From Vicugna vicugna (lineage: Eukaryota), in NCBI GenBank assembly GCA_013265495.1, contig MU058365.1:1-64000 (forward strand): a stretch of DNA of 64,000 nt, in the 5' to 3' direction. Position 1 is the first letter of the stretch; each line of letters opens with the position of its first letter. A program made the translations under genes and the position numbers. The notes beneath the pieces were generated by a model. It did not search any database, was not told the origin of the DNA, and saw nothing but the letters and a program-made list of their open reading frames with translations. This document shows positions 63,471 through 64,000 of the stretch, one piece after another.

Positions 63471-64000
63471 TTTTTTTTGGATTTCCTTCCAAAACGGACA
63501 CTATGTTGAGTAGATGACTATTATATTAGGCATTGAAACTGTATAAAAAATAGGTGGCTTTGGCTACTTCAACAATTTATATTGAAATTGAAAATTCAAA
63601 ATATTTTGCAGGATTAGTCAAATGCAAAATGGAAAAACAAAAATCTCCAGGCACCTTAGTGAGTGAATAATGATGTTTATTTGCCATTATTGTGAACTAT
63701 ACACCAAGTTGTCAACTTTTTTCAGTCTATTATTTTAAGCATTTCTGGATTACTAACTGTGTTTTTAATAAGCAGCATGAATTGTTAATCTTTTCATTAG
63801 AGGTAAGAGCTTAGAAAACTATTTGGTGCAAAAACTTTATCATGTTCTCTATTTATAGGAGTTTATGAAGATAAAATAAAAATCCTACATATATGTATAA
63901 TTGAATCACTGTGCTATACACCAGAAATTAACACATTATAAACCAACTATATTTCAATTGAAAAAGAAAAATCCAACCATCCTCTCTCCCTCAAAAGGTA

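Noticed and set aside
1..64000. Prokaryote-type systems (CRISPR, operons, defence loci) or a nameable host gene
   Set aside because: The sequence is mammalian repeat-rich DNA with no repeat-spacer array, and no candidate exon translated to a protein I recognise.

Overview
AT-rich mammalian genomic DNA, most likely from a camelid: five copies of a tRNA-derived SINE match my recollection of the camelid Vic-1/VicSINE. Most of the window is transposable-element debris: many 5'-truncated LINE-1 copies (mostly + strand), L2, L3/CR1, MIR, two Tigger1 copies, MER82, MER44-like, MER58A, MLT1 and solo ERV LTRs. I cannot recognise any intact protein-coding gene, tRNA, rRNA or CRISPR array. Nearly all entries in the ORF track are L1/Tigger fragments, their antisense shadows, or chance ORFs. 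The L1 orientation bias and several minus-strand splice-signal-flanked unique segments suggest the window lies in long intron(s) of a minus-strand transcription unit, which I cannot name. I found no convincing new multi-gene system. The most interesting signals are: (1) a 1.1-kb poly(A)-tailed, TSD-flanked piece of older non-coding DNA retro-inserted into a younger L1 (14243-15368); (2) a CpG-rich unique block with three CACGTG E-boxes and a perfect 22-bp palindrome (47.2-47.6 kb); (3) an ERV-LTR transcript end apparently retroposed by L1 (1421-1589); (4) a dense hairpin cluster (17.3-17.55 kb). Repeat family names come from recalled consensus sequences, not a database search. Boundaries without a stated TSD are approximate.
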